IMG/VR virus record: IMGVR_UViG_3300010354_000045
Location: 97,494-161,493 of that record
Strand: one strand, 5' to 3'
Length of the DNA stretch: 64,000 nt
Source of the DNA: a virus
The notes beneath the pieces are model-generated. The model was not told the DNA's origin, searched no databases, and worked only from the letters and a program-made list of their open reading frames with translations. Below are positions 9,530 through 18,024 of this stretch, piece by piece. Position 1 is the stretch's first letter. Each line of letters opens with the position of its first letter. A program made the translations under genes and the position numbers.

Positions 9530-10545
9530 TTTAAAAATACATCGTTAATTTGTCTATTGACTCTAACAAATGTTGTACATTTTGGTAATTGTTTGAGTGT
9601 AGGTGCTCCGACATATGTACAGGTACTGCGTAGGCCACCAAGAATATCTAAAACAGTATTTTTCACAGTACCTCTATATGGAATTTCTACAGTGCGACCT
9701 TCTGATGAACGATATTCCGCAACACCGCCGTGGTGTTTATTCATAGCAGTGTCAGAACTCATACCATAAAATGTAACTTTGCCATCTTTGACTTCGCCGC
9801 CGCCTTCATCGTGTCCAGCTAACATGCCGCCTAACATTACAAAGTCTGCGCCAGCACCAAATGCCTTAGCTACATCTCCAGGACAAGTACAACCGCCGTC
9901 AGCAATGATGTGTCCGCCAAGACCATGAGCGGCATCGGCACATTCGATAATTGCGGATAGTTGCGGATAGCCAACACCTGTCTGTACACGAGTAGTGCAA
10001 ACAGCACCAGGCCCAATACCAACTTTAACAATATCTGCTCCACGTAAGATTAACTCCTGTGTCATGTCTGCGGTAACGACGTTACCAGCAATAATAGTGC
10101 AATGAGGAAATGTTTCTCTAACCTTTTGAACAAAATCAGCGAATCGTTCTTGGTAACCATTAGCTACATCAATACAGATAAAACGTATTTCTGGATACAC
10201 ATTAATAAGTTGGCGTAATTTTAAAAATTCACTATCACTGGTGCCGGTGCTAACTGCAAAATAGTTTCCGCCAATATCTTGAATAGTTGTTTGAAAATAT
10301 TCTATACCAATGTTTTTTACTAAACAAGTAAACATACGATGCTGATATAAGGCATGAGCCATTTGTAGTGTGCCTACACCATCCATATTACTAGCCATAA
10401 TAGGAACCCCATGCCATTCAAATCTGCTGTATTTGAATGTATAATGCCTTACAAGATCTACTTCTTTACGACTACCTAATGTACTGCGCTTAGGACGAAT
10501 AAGTACATCCTTATAATCTAATTTAATTTCGTCTTCAATTCTCAT
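9526..10545 (-). CDS. guaC: GMP reductase
   Basis: N-terminus [23 protein letters not shown] is typical of proteobacterial GuaC; also [23 protein letters not shown] and SEGR. Start placed at 10545 by the ATGA overlap. Confidence 0.95.
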   Translation of the reverse strand: MRIEDEIKLDYKDVLIRPKRSTLGSRKEVDLVRHYTFKYSRFEWHGVPIMASNMDGVGTLQMAHALYQHRMFTCLVKNIGIEYFQTTIQDIGGNYFAVSTGTSDSEFLKLRQLINVYPEIRFICIDVANGYQERFADFVQKVRETFPHCTIIAGNVVTADMTQELILRGADIVKVGIGPGAVCTTRVQTGVGYPQLSAIIECADAAHGLGGHIIADGGCTCPGDVAKAFGAGADFVMLGGMLAGHDEGGGEVKDGKVTFYGMSSDTAMNKHHGGVAEYRSSEGRTVEIPYRGTVKNTVLDILGGLRSTCTYVGAPTLKQLPKCTTFVRVNRQINDVFLK

Positions 10546-11129
10546 TGTTCCCACCATGCTTCATAGGGAAATTCTACCCACACATCATTCTCTGCCTTGT
10601 TGACTTCCATGCCAACAAAGTCCATACCTACTCGACATTTACTAGCTAAGTTATCAACGAGAACTGCAAATTTTACATTATTATTCCAAACATGTTCCCA
10701 TTCAGGATCATTTGGTAAACAACTACTAGGCCAGTCATTCATAATCCAGTTGAAGGTAGCACCTGTGTCATTAATGTCATCAACGACGAGAATGTTTTTA
10801 AAATTTTCGCCTTGTTCTAACAGACTCGATGCGGCATCTAATACTGAACCAATATCGTTTTCATCTTCAATATGAATTTCTTGTTTAGGATAGCCTAGCG
10901 CATCTTCAGCCATACTGCAATCACTGACACACTCACCGCCGTCACGCAGACTAACTTGTAAAGGCTTCATAGGAATATTTAGATAATGACTAATCATAAC
11001 AGCTGGAATAAGGCCGCCACGACTAATACCTACAATATAATCTGGCCGCCAGCCGCTATTAGCAATATCTCTACAAATTTTAGAAACTAATTTTTTTAGT
11101 TCTCTATCTTTAAGAATTAATTTATTCAT
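10542..11129 (-). CDS. Purine phosphoribosyltransferase (Gpt-like type I PRTase)
   Basis: [13 protein letters not shown]-binding [13 protein letters not shown] and C-terminal WVEFPYE. Confidence 0.9.
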   Translation of the reverse strand: MNKLILKDRELKKLVSKICRDIANSGWRPDYIVGISRGGLIPAVMISHYLNIPMKPLQVSLRDGGECVSDCSMAEDALGYPKQEIHIEDENDIGSVLDAASSLLEQGENFKNILVVDDINDTGATFNWIMNDWPSSCLPNDPEWEHVWNNNVKFAVLVDNLASKCRVGMDFVGMEVNKAENDVWVEFPYEAWWEQ

Positions 11130-11869
11130 CTCGGAGCAAACTCTTGTTGTAGTTTAATGTTATCGAAAAACTCTTTTTTAGTACCGGCATCTTCTTTAAA
11201 CGCACCTCTTAACACAGTTGTTTGTGTTAGGCTCGAATGTGCCATGATACCACGATTTTCACAGCAGCCATGTACTGCCTGAATGTAAACCCCTAGGTCT
11301 TTAGTTCCTGTGGCTTTTTGGATCTGCCTAGCAATTTCATTAGCAAGCTCCTCCTGGAGAGTGCCTCGCCTGGCACACCACTGGGCAATCCTTGTATACT
11401 TTGAAAGCCCAATAAGATGTTGGGCAGCAATAATACCAATATAAGCAACGCCAACCACAGGTTGGTGATGATGGCTACACATACTACGAAGCTCACTACG
11501 AACAACAAGCATGCCTTCGTAACGGTCCTCCGAATCATTAGGAAACGATGTTGAGTCTGGTGCTGGGTCATATCTTCCTGCCATTACTTCATTAAAATAC
11601 ATCTTAGCCAGCCTTCGAGCTGTGCCTTTTGAATTAGGATCTGTTTCTCTATCAATTAACAGCCGATCAAGTACTAGTTCAAATGCTTCTGCGGCTTCGT
11701 CGATTAATTGGTCTTTAAATTCTTCAGTAACATACTCACTGATATTATCTCCAGCCCAGAATCTTTTTCCATCTCTCTTCATTTTAAAGCGAAGATAATC
11801 TCCAAGATATGCTTCTTTGTAGCCACCGTCGCCGGCCATGGCATCAAGTGCTGTTTCTTTCTGTGTCAT
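11126..11869 (-). CDS. folE: GTP cyclohydrolase I
   Basis: TARRLAKMY, SMCSHH, GLSKYTR, LQEE and HGCCENRG. Confidence 0.95.
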   Translation of the reverse strand: MTQKETALDAMAGDGGYKEAYLGDYLRFKMKRDGKRFWAGDNISEYVTEEFKDQLIDEAAEAFELVLDRLLIDRETDPNSKGTARRLAKMYFNEVMAGRYDPAPDSTSFPNDSEDRYEGMLVVRSELRSMCSHHHQPVVGVAYIGIIAAQHLIGLSKYTRIAQWCARRGTLQEELANEIARQIQKATGTKDLGVYIQAVHGCCENRGIMAHSSLTQTTVLRGAFKEDAGTKKEFFDNIKLQQEFAPR

Positions 11870-11888
11870 TTTTTCTCCTATTATGTAT

Positions 11889-11918
11889 AGTATATAGGTT
11901 TATTTAGGTCGTTGTCAA
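11889..11918 (-). promoter_or_regulatory. Sigma70-type promoter with an internal TAAATA late-promoter motif, driving the folE operon
   Basis: TTGACA-18nt-TATACT; TAAATA at 11901-11906. Confidence 0.65.
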
Positions 11919-12107
11919 ATTTTTATACCTTTTTCGGCATTCTTCTTTTACTTCTTTTGGAATATCTGGATGCCATTCGGCCATTCCGCAGTCATATACT
12001 CTACTTTTTTCACGTGGAGAAAAGTAAATTAATGTAGGAATAATTACAAATAATAAAAATAACATTAACAACAATGTTAAAGAGATTCGCTTAATAATAT
12101 TCGACAT
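11904..12107 (-). CDS. Small membrane-anchored protein
   Basis: N-terminal hydrophobic helix and a Cys pair; start uncertain. Confidence 0.6.
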   Translation of the reverse strand: MSNIIKRISLTLLLMLFLLFVIIPTLIYFSPREKSRVYDCGMAEWHPDIPKEVKEECRKRYKNLTTT

Positions 12108-12310
12108 AGATTAGCATCTTTAGTTGTTTTAAATGTGAAAGACATATGATACATACCTGGTTTGTAATAAAACCTGTGTCCAGGTAATCCAAATACTTCG
12201 AGTACTTTTGCACACTGTTCGTTCCACCAAGGAACATTTTCATTATACCAAAATATCTCAACTATCTGATTTTTATCGGTTATTTCTTCCCACCATCTGT
12301 CGTTGTTCAT
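12077..12310 (-). CDS. Hypothetical phage protein
   Basis: ORF in a packed operon. Confidence 0.6.
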   Translation of the reverse strand: MNNDRWWEEITDKNQIVEIFWYNENVPWWNEQCAKVLEVFGLPGHRFYYKPGMYHMSFTFKTTKDANLCRILLSESL

Positions 12311-12464
12311 TTTCTAAAAACTTTATTTCATCTTTTATGTAATCTCTATAATCAGAAAGTACTTCTAATTTCCTTCCTGATTCACCAGTTGATCTTAGTG
12401 TTTCTAGATCTTTTTCAATAATACTAAGTTTTTCTTTAAGTTCTTTAACAGTTAAATCACTCAT
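12273..12464 (-). CDS. Small coiled-coil protein
   Basis: ATGA overlap with the upstream gene. Confidence 0.6.
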   Translation of the reverse strand: MSDLTVKELKEKLSIIEKDLETLRSTGESGRKLEVLSDYRDYIKDEIKFLENEQRQMVGRNNR

Positions 12465-12667
12465 AAAGACACAAGCCCTTGTGCTAATGTTTTTACTTCT
12501 TCATCGGTCATAAAAAATTGATAAGTTGACGAAGAATCTACTCCACCATCTTTATTTTTACACTCTTGTATAAATTCAATAGCATTAAGATTATTAGGAT
12601 AAGAACATTTCCAACTTTTAATTCTTAGTCTAAAACCTAAATCTTCTTTGACAATAAATTCTTTCAT
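12461..12667 (-). CDS. Hypothetical phage protein
   Basis: GGAG RBS and ATGA overlaps. Confidence 0.65.
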   Translation of the reverse strand: MKEFIVKEDLGFRLRIKSWKCSYPNNLNAIEFIQECKNKDGGVDSSSTYQFFMTDEEVKTLAQGLVSL

Positions 12668-13035
12668 TTTTCTTCTCCTTTAATTGATTGCCACATTCTG
12701 TATTTAGAAAGAGTTTCGATATAATCTTCGTATTTTTTCTTTAAAAGAGGATAACTATTTTCTAATGCAACATCTCTTTCGGGGATCATCAAGACTTTTT
12801 CGATTGTTCGTAATCGTTCTTCTAAATCTCTACCATTGTGTATAATCTTACCTTTTACATCTAAACTAGCCGGATCATTGTTAACAATTAAAGTTGGACT
12901 TATTTGATATCCAGTAGTATTCGTGATAGTATACGTCCCATTAGATCCTGCCATGGTACCTAGTGTGCCTCCGCCTAACACAGTATTTTGTGTAGTCCAG
13001 TTAAGTGGTGCTGATACTTTGCTGTTTACGGTCAT
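12664..13035 (-). CDS. Hypothetical protein with T/G-rich N-terminus and helical C-terminus
   Basis: ORF track; C-terminus resembles that of 13467-13847. Confidence 0.65.
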   Translation of the reverse strand: MTVNSKVSAPLNWTTQNTVLGGGTLGTMAGSNGTYTITNTTGYQISPTLIVNNDPASLDVKGKIIHNGRDLEERLRTIEKVLMIPERDVALENSYPLLKKKYEDYIETLSKYRMWQSIKGEEK

Positions 13036-13492
13036 TTAAGTATTTCTCATTATGTACCCAGGTATTTTTTACAAGAAATCCCCATTCACGACGTTGCGGT
13101 CCTGGCATGAACAACGTCCAGCAGTCTACGCCTGCTTCAAGCTCAATACGGTGATAGCTATTAGCACTGCAAATACGGAAATGCCCAGGCCCACGCCAAT
13201 GCCGTGTTTCACTGATCTTGGCACCTTGCGAATTAAAGTTAGGAGTCCATTCATAATAACCACCTTTTAAGATAATTGTAGCGTAAGGCCAAGGATGATC
13301 ATGTACGTCGTCCGGATCGCTACGTAAAAATTTATGTAAAAAAATATTAAAAGGAAAATGCTGTCTATCTTTTAAAAAAACATAGTAACGTTCGAGATAT
13401 GGTTTTTCGCTTACGCGATCCATAATAATTCTTTTTCGATCGTGTTTTTCTAACCACGAAAGAAATTTACTTTTTATCTTTTGGATTATCAT
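13001..13492 (-). CDS. Cupin-fold metalloprotein
   Basis: HDHPW...GGYYE...YHRIEL...WTLF cupin pattern; probable start MIIQK at 13492. Confidence 0.75.
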   Translation of the reverse strand: MIIQKIKSKFLSWLEKHDRKRIIMDRVSEKPYLERYYVFLKDRQHFPFNIFLHKFLRSDPDDVHDHPWPYATIILKGGYYEWTPNFNSQGAKISETRHWRGPGHFRICSANSYHRIELEAGVDCWTLFMPGPQRREWGFLVKNTWVHNEKYLNDRKQQSISTT

Positions 13493-13847
13493 ATTCGTCC
13501 TTAACAAGATAGTAAGTTGTTTTAAACTTTTCAAAGGCTATTGCTAGTCCTGGAAATTCTTTACACATAGCTTCTATTCTACTAAAACTAGGCAAGCAGT
13601 CTACAAACTCTTTTCCATTACTCCATTCATTAATACTATATGTGCCGGGCACAGTGCCACTGCTAATAGTATAAGTTCCAGAAGATCCTGTAGCTCCAAT
13701 ATAACCACTACCATTACTTCCTGTAATAGATATATTGCTTATTGAAGCAGTATCTAAACTGCTATCCATAGTCCATGAACTAGGATCAATTGTTATTGTA
13801 TCATTTAATGTTATTGAGTAAAGGTCCTGCTGAGAAGAATTGCCCAT
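13467..13847 (-). CDS. Hypothetical protein with S/T/G-rich N-terminus
   Basis: ORF track; fills the gap between the glycosyltransferase and the cupin. Confidence 0.6.
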   Translation of the reverse strand: MGNSSQQDLYSITLNDTITIDPSSWTMDSSLDTASISNISITGSNGSGYIGATGSSGTYTISSGTVPGTYSINEWSNGKEFVDCLPSFSRIEAMCKEFPGLAIAFEKFKTTYYLVKDEYDNPKDKK

Positions 13848-14892
13848 CTAAAGCCTCCGCTTGTTTTTTAATGAGAGGCAATCTTGTTTCGTAATAGTCC
13901 ATATGACTCATGATTGCTCTACATAGATCTGGCCTATATACATTATAGGCATCCCAGCTTTCAGTCCATTTGCTAGGATATTTAAAATTGTCAAAATACA
14001 TTTCTGTGTAACTGAGTCTGTCTGGAACCATTGGAACAGCATCAACTACTGCACCCTCGTAACAACTAATTCCTAAAGTTTCTTGTAGATTAGCACTGAA
14101 TACCAGTTTTGCTTCACCTAGTAGGGTGTGATATTCGTGTTTAGTTAGTTTACGATCTTGACAAACTACAAACTCATATTGTGGTAAGTGTGTAGATAAG
14201 TCTCGAAAAATTTCAACTTGTTTTTCTGGTGCAATACGATGCGGAAAAAGAATTAAGTTTCTTTTTGGAATACCTTTATACTGAGAAAGTGTACTAGGCA
14301 TATACTCCATAGGCCAGCCTGTACGAATAACCTTGCCGCTATCTAGAAGATCTTTAACATCTTCTTCATACCAGGGATTTTCACTAGGATAGCCATCCTC
14401 CAATAAGTTCTTTATAAAAAGGTCAATATGAAAATTAGTAGCAAAGTAATTATGATCAATAGCATGAAAGAAACTCTTTTCAGCATTTCTAACCCATTTA
14501 GCTTTGCCAATTAATCGACCAAGAAAATCTTGAGGATCGTAACTACCAGCATGCCACAGTGCGTGAATCTTAACAGGAATGTCAAGAAGCTCACTCATGT
14601 ATTTTAAGTTTATGATACCAGGATGCCAAGCATCAGTAAACAAAAAATGATCCCCAGGCTTAACTGCTCCGGATGTAAATAAGCGACTAAATTCTTCAAC
14701 TTGACGAGACTTGTATATATTAGTCCCACCAAAATTGAGAAAGGCACCAGGAGTAGTGGCACTAGGAATATCCTCAGGACCACTGATGACATGAACTTCA
14801 TGTCCTTGTTTTTTAAGAAGTTCGGGTACATGATGTTTCCATTGTCCGGTGTACCTTGTATCAACTGCTTCTAGATCAACAAGATAGATCAT
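13801..14892 (-). CDS. GT-B fold glycosyltransferase, putative DNA base-modifying
   Basis: LFPHRIAPEKQ and ANLQETLGISCYEG resemble the GT-B ExFG...E sugar-binding motif; located in the deazapurine locus. Confidence 0.8.
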   Translation of the reverse strand: MIYLVDLEAVDTRYTGQWKHHVPELLKKQGHEVHVISGPEDIPSATTPGAFLNFGGTNIYKSRQVEEFSRLFTSGAVKPGDHFLFTDAWHPGIINLKYMSELLDIPVKIHALWHAGSYDPQDFLGRLIGKAKWVRNAEKSFFHAIDHNYFATNFHIDLFIKNLLEDGYPSENPWYEEDVKDLLDSGKVIRTGWPMEYMPSTLSQYKGIPKRNLILFPHRIAPEKQVEIFRDLSTHLPQYEFVVCQDRKLTKHEYHTLLGEAKLVFSANLQETLGISCYEGAVVDAVPMVPDRLSYTEMYFDNFKYPSKWTESWDAYNVYRPDLCRAIMSHMDYYETRLPLIKKQAEALDGQFFSAGPLLNNIK

Positions 14893-15113
14893 TAATTTTT
14901 AGCCTTGTATCCGTTTTTGTAATTAAATTTTCTTGATCTGTTACTATAGAGATACTTATTCCAAATATCACTCTGCTTGTTGTACAAATGAGCCTCGTTG
15001 AATTCCAAAAGCTCCATGCGACAAAAATCCCTAAATGCATCAAGGTCGTCAAAAATTTTGACTACTTCGGGGCGAGTTTGGAAATAACTTACTTCTTTGT
15101 AATTAATAGCCAT
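14892..15113 (-). CDS. Hypothetical phage protein
   Basis: AAGGA RBS; TAATG overlap with the glycosyltransferase. Confidence 0.7.
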   Translation of the reverse strand: MAINYKEVSYFQTRPEVVKIFDDLDAFRDFCRMELLEFNEAHLYNKQSDIWNKYLYSNRSRKFNYKNGYKAKN

Positions 15114-15124
15114 ATTAAGTTTCC

Positions 15125-15517
15125 TTAAAATTTAATAAAACAACCATTTTCTCCGTCTTCGGAGACCTCAATCCAAACCTCTCGGCCTGGATACCTTGCG
15201 TTGATCTGTGCATATAAATCTTCACTGATCATTTCGCAACTTTTATAATCAAGTGTCAGTGTACTATCTTTATAAAGATTTTCCAACCAACGCTTGAACT
15301 GAATAAACTCAATATCTCGATCGTTGTGTGTTACAGAGATCCAAACACGAAAGTGAAAGATATGACGATGGGGATAACCAAGAAAGCTAACATCATATTC
15401 ATCGCCTGTGGCTAGATTAGGATCAGTTAATGCTGCTGGATATTTGTGAATACCTTCTTTTTGAAAGGTTACCCAGATCATTCTATTTGGTCTTACATCA
15501 GTTTTAATTGTTGTCAT
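15125..15517 (-). CDS. QueD-like T-fold protein with LxxxHRHxF; probable DpdL-type CDG decarboxylase
   Basis: GIHKY...FLGYPHRHIF...SCEMI...EVSEDGEN; lacks the QueD CxxxHGH motif. Confidence 0.75.
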   Translation of the reverse strand: MTTIKTDVRPNRMIWVTFQKEGIHKYPAALTDPNLATGDEYDVSFLGYPHRHIFHFRVWISVTHNDRDIEFIQFKRWLENLYKDSTLTLDYKSCEMISEDLYAQINARYPGREVWIEVSEDGENGCFIKF

Positions 15518-16038
15518 TTGATAATCTCGTCGTTTTTATATTCGCTCCAAGTAGTATACTTGGATCTATCTTGAAGTTTATGTAGGCTATGACACCATAC
15601 ACCAGGATTTGTTGCTTTAAAATCTTTGTCGTCGATTTTAACCATTGTGTTATAATTCCATAGTTTAATATAAGGAATTGGAACACGAATTTGAGGAATA
15701 AAATTTTCATAACTGCAAAGATTGCCGTCATGAAATTCTTCAATGAAATTTAATGAAATATCTAGAGAACACAGATATTCTTTTTCTAAAAAATACTCAA
15801 TCATAGTTTCCCAACGTTGCCAATCTAATGCATCCTTAGGAGTAAAACTATGATTAGCACCAAAAAAGATATGATCAATTTTAGTGTTTGTTGATGTTAA
15901 AATAGCTTCAACATCTTGTACAGGATGCACATCTACAACAAATAAAGTATTAAGACCAAATGCCGGTGTCTTTTCAACTTCCTTACCAAAGAAAAATTTA
16001 ACATTTTCTCTAACACCGTCGTTATAATTACGCTTCAT
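15514..16038 (-). CDS. Hypothetical protein coupled to the QueD-like gene
   Basis: 174-aa alpha/beta ORF with an ATGA overlap at 15514-15517. Confidence 0.75.
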   Translation of the reverse strand: MKRNYNDGVRENVKFFFGKEVEKTPAFGLNTLFVVDVHPVQDVEAILTSTNTKIDHIFFGANHSFTPKDALDWQRWETMIEYFLEKEYLCSLDISLNFIEEFHDGNLCSYENFIPQIRVPIPYIKLWNYNTMVKIDDKDFKATNPGVWCHSLHKLQDRSKYTTWSEYKNDEIIK

Positions 16039-16288
16039 TTTTCTCTGCCTTAGATTGTTCGTATTGCTTGATTAAGCGAGTAACAGCTTCCATTTGAGTT
16101 TGAAATACATCTGGCGCATCTGCAGAAGCACGTTCCATATCCCAGTCACTAGGATAGTGACGTAGCATACTTCGAGCGTGTTCTCTGATAAGTTTAGGAA
16201 CTCGTGGAGTGTGTTGAGGATTACACAAGTCTATTAAAAATTTACGAGTCTGTATAACAGCTCGATAACGTTCGTCAGGTAGCGTCAT
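16028..16288 (-). CDS. BPSL0761-like small protein
   Basis: MTLPDERYRAV...FL..L...TPRVP..IR..A...LRHYP pattern. Confidence 0.65.
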   Translation of the reverse strand: MTLPDERYRAVIQTRKFLIDLCNPQHTPRVPKLIREHARSMLRHYPSDWDMERASADAPDVFQTQMEAVTRLIKQYEQSKAEKNEA

Positions 16289-17828
16289 GACCCAATTCCA
16301 ATTCATCTAGTTTATCAATTTCGTCTTGAGTAAATTCATCACTGTGCTCAGATTGTACAGGTTCTGGGTCTACTTCGTCAAACAAATTGGCAAACATTGT
16401 AGATGCATTAACTGTTTTCTTTCCAGTGGCACCTCTAGTGCCAATAATACTCATCCAGAAACGGCTATATTCTTCAACGACTGCATCTGCTACAGCACGA
16501 TCGCTAGTTGAAAATATAGCTTCAACAATATCTTTAAAAAAGAGTCGGTCAAATTTTTCTTGTACTAGCATAGCAGGAATTCTACCGTTATCGTACTGTC
16601 GATTAGCTTCTTGTACAGCATTAATATGGCTCCAAACGTTATGACCCATTTGTATAGCGTAACTAAAACTATCCCAACTGGTACGACCTTCCTTGCCAAT
16701 TTTGTTTAGGTCACCTGGCTTATAGATACAAATATCTTTAATTTCAACTTGATCAATTATTGGGCTTGATTCAAAGTTTTTAAAGATTCTGTCTTGGATG
16801 ACCGCATCTTTGAAGAGTCTTGAGTCTGTTGCATACTTTTTGTCATCAGCAGACGGCACCATTCGGTAGACCCATTTTGTTCTGTCTGCTGTTTCTGTTT
16901 GGATGTAGATCTGTCCGTTTGCTGTTGCCAGAAACGGTGAGGCGCAGTCAAAAGATATGGTAAAGTTTTCATTATGATATTTCCTTACAGCACGTTGTAC
17001 ATCAGTTAATAAAGTTGCCCACTCTAACTTTGATGTTCCTAGAAAGTGCATCCAATCTTGTTTGCCTTTTTCTAACAGACCATCAAATCTTAAAGACACA
17101 AGACGTTTTAAAGTCAAGTGTATATCACACATATTTTGCCCACCCATAGCCCATCCGTTAAAATGCCTATTGGGATATTTTTTAGGATCACAGTAGTGTT
17201 TCATACGTTGATACCAATCTTCAGCATCTGTATGATTTTCACCTTGTAAAACATTTAAAAATTTACAATTACCGTTTCGATTGTTAATAAACCAATCGTT
17301 GTTAATGTATGTACCTTGTACTGCTTCTGCGTATGTGGTAATACCAGTAGCTTTTTGACCAGCAGGACTACGAGCAACCCATGCTGGAATGTCTAAACAC
17401 ATACCATAGTCCATAAGTGCATCCATCCACTTAAGAACTTGTTCACGTTTCTTCTGTGCTTTAGGGCAACTAGGATTTTTCCAGTCACCTTCCCACACAC
17501 CTTTGCCAATTTGGAATCCACCACTATCACCTAATACCCAACTGGTAGAACGATTGCGATTTCGAAACATATCTTCGCCTTCGTCTGATTTATTGAGATC
17601 TAGGTTAGCATGACCTGCACTATATAAACACCAATTGTAATAAAATAGTCCTTTATCTGGTTCTAGATAGTTAAGACTTTCTACACCGTTTGTAAAACTT
17701 TTAGGAATACGTGCAGGATCTACATAATTTCCATATCGTTGCTTGCCTATAAACGTGGCATAAAAACCAGACGTAGCAGGCAGGAATACCGCATAGTCAT
17801 TCTGTGTTGATGTTAGATCACGATTCAA
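16275..17828 (-). CDS. TGT-family base-exchange transglycosylase (DpdA-like, putative DNA 7-deazaguanine insertase)
   Basis: GDSGGFQ, CLDIP, NVLQG, GWAMGG, MHFLG, SFDCASP and HN motifs in TGT order; folE/queE context. Confidence 0.85.
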   Translation of the reverse strand: MNRDLTSTQNDYAVFLPATSGFYATFIGKQRYGNYVDPARIPKSFTNGVESLNYLEPDKGLFYYNWCLYSAGHANLDLNKSDEGEDMFRNRNRSTSWVLGDSGGFQIGKGVWEGDWKNPSCPKAQKKREQVLKWMDALMDYGMCLDIPAWVARSPAGQKATGITTYAEAVQGTYINNDWFINNRNGNCKFLNVLQGENHTDAEDWYQRMKHYCDPKKYPNRHFNGWAMGGQNMCDIHLTLKRLVSLRFDGLLEKGKQDWMHFLGTSKLEWATLLTDVQRAVRKYHNENFTISFDCASPFLATANGQIYIQTETADRTKWVYRMVPSADDKKYATDSRLFKDAVIQDRIFKNFESSPIIDQVEIKDICIYKPGDLNKIGKEGRTSWDSFSYAIQMGHNVWSHINAVQEANRQYDNGRIPAMLVQEKFDRLFFKDIVEAIFSTSDRAVADAVVEEYSRFWMSIIGTRGATGKKTVNASTMFANLFDEVDPEPVQSEHSDEFTQDEIDKLDELELGHDAT

Positions 17829-18024
17829 TTCGACCCCACTTTACCTTTAACCAAATTCTTTCATGTATATAGTAATCAATACTTAAAAGAATATGTAATG
17901 CTGTAGCAAAGCCGGTGGCATTACCAATATCACCTGTGAACATGTATGTCCACACAATAGTAAACAGCCAGGCAGTAATGCGATAGCTGATCATCCTTGC
18001 AATAGTTCGACGTTTAGTTTCCAT
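17818..18024 (-). CDS. Small membrane protein, DUF2061-like
   Basis: ETKRRTIARMISYR...YYIHERIWLKVKWG. Confidence 0.7.
   Translation of the reverse strand: METKRRTIARMISYRITAWLFTIVWTYMFTGDIGNATGFATALHILLSIDYYIHERIWLKVKWGRIES

Noticed and set aside
9990-10025. GuaC active-site loop GPGAVC instead of GPGSVC as evidence of altered substrate specificity
   Set aside because: This position varies among genuine GMP reductases (Ala occurs in actinobacterial enzymes), so it is not diagnostic.
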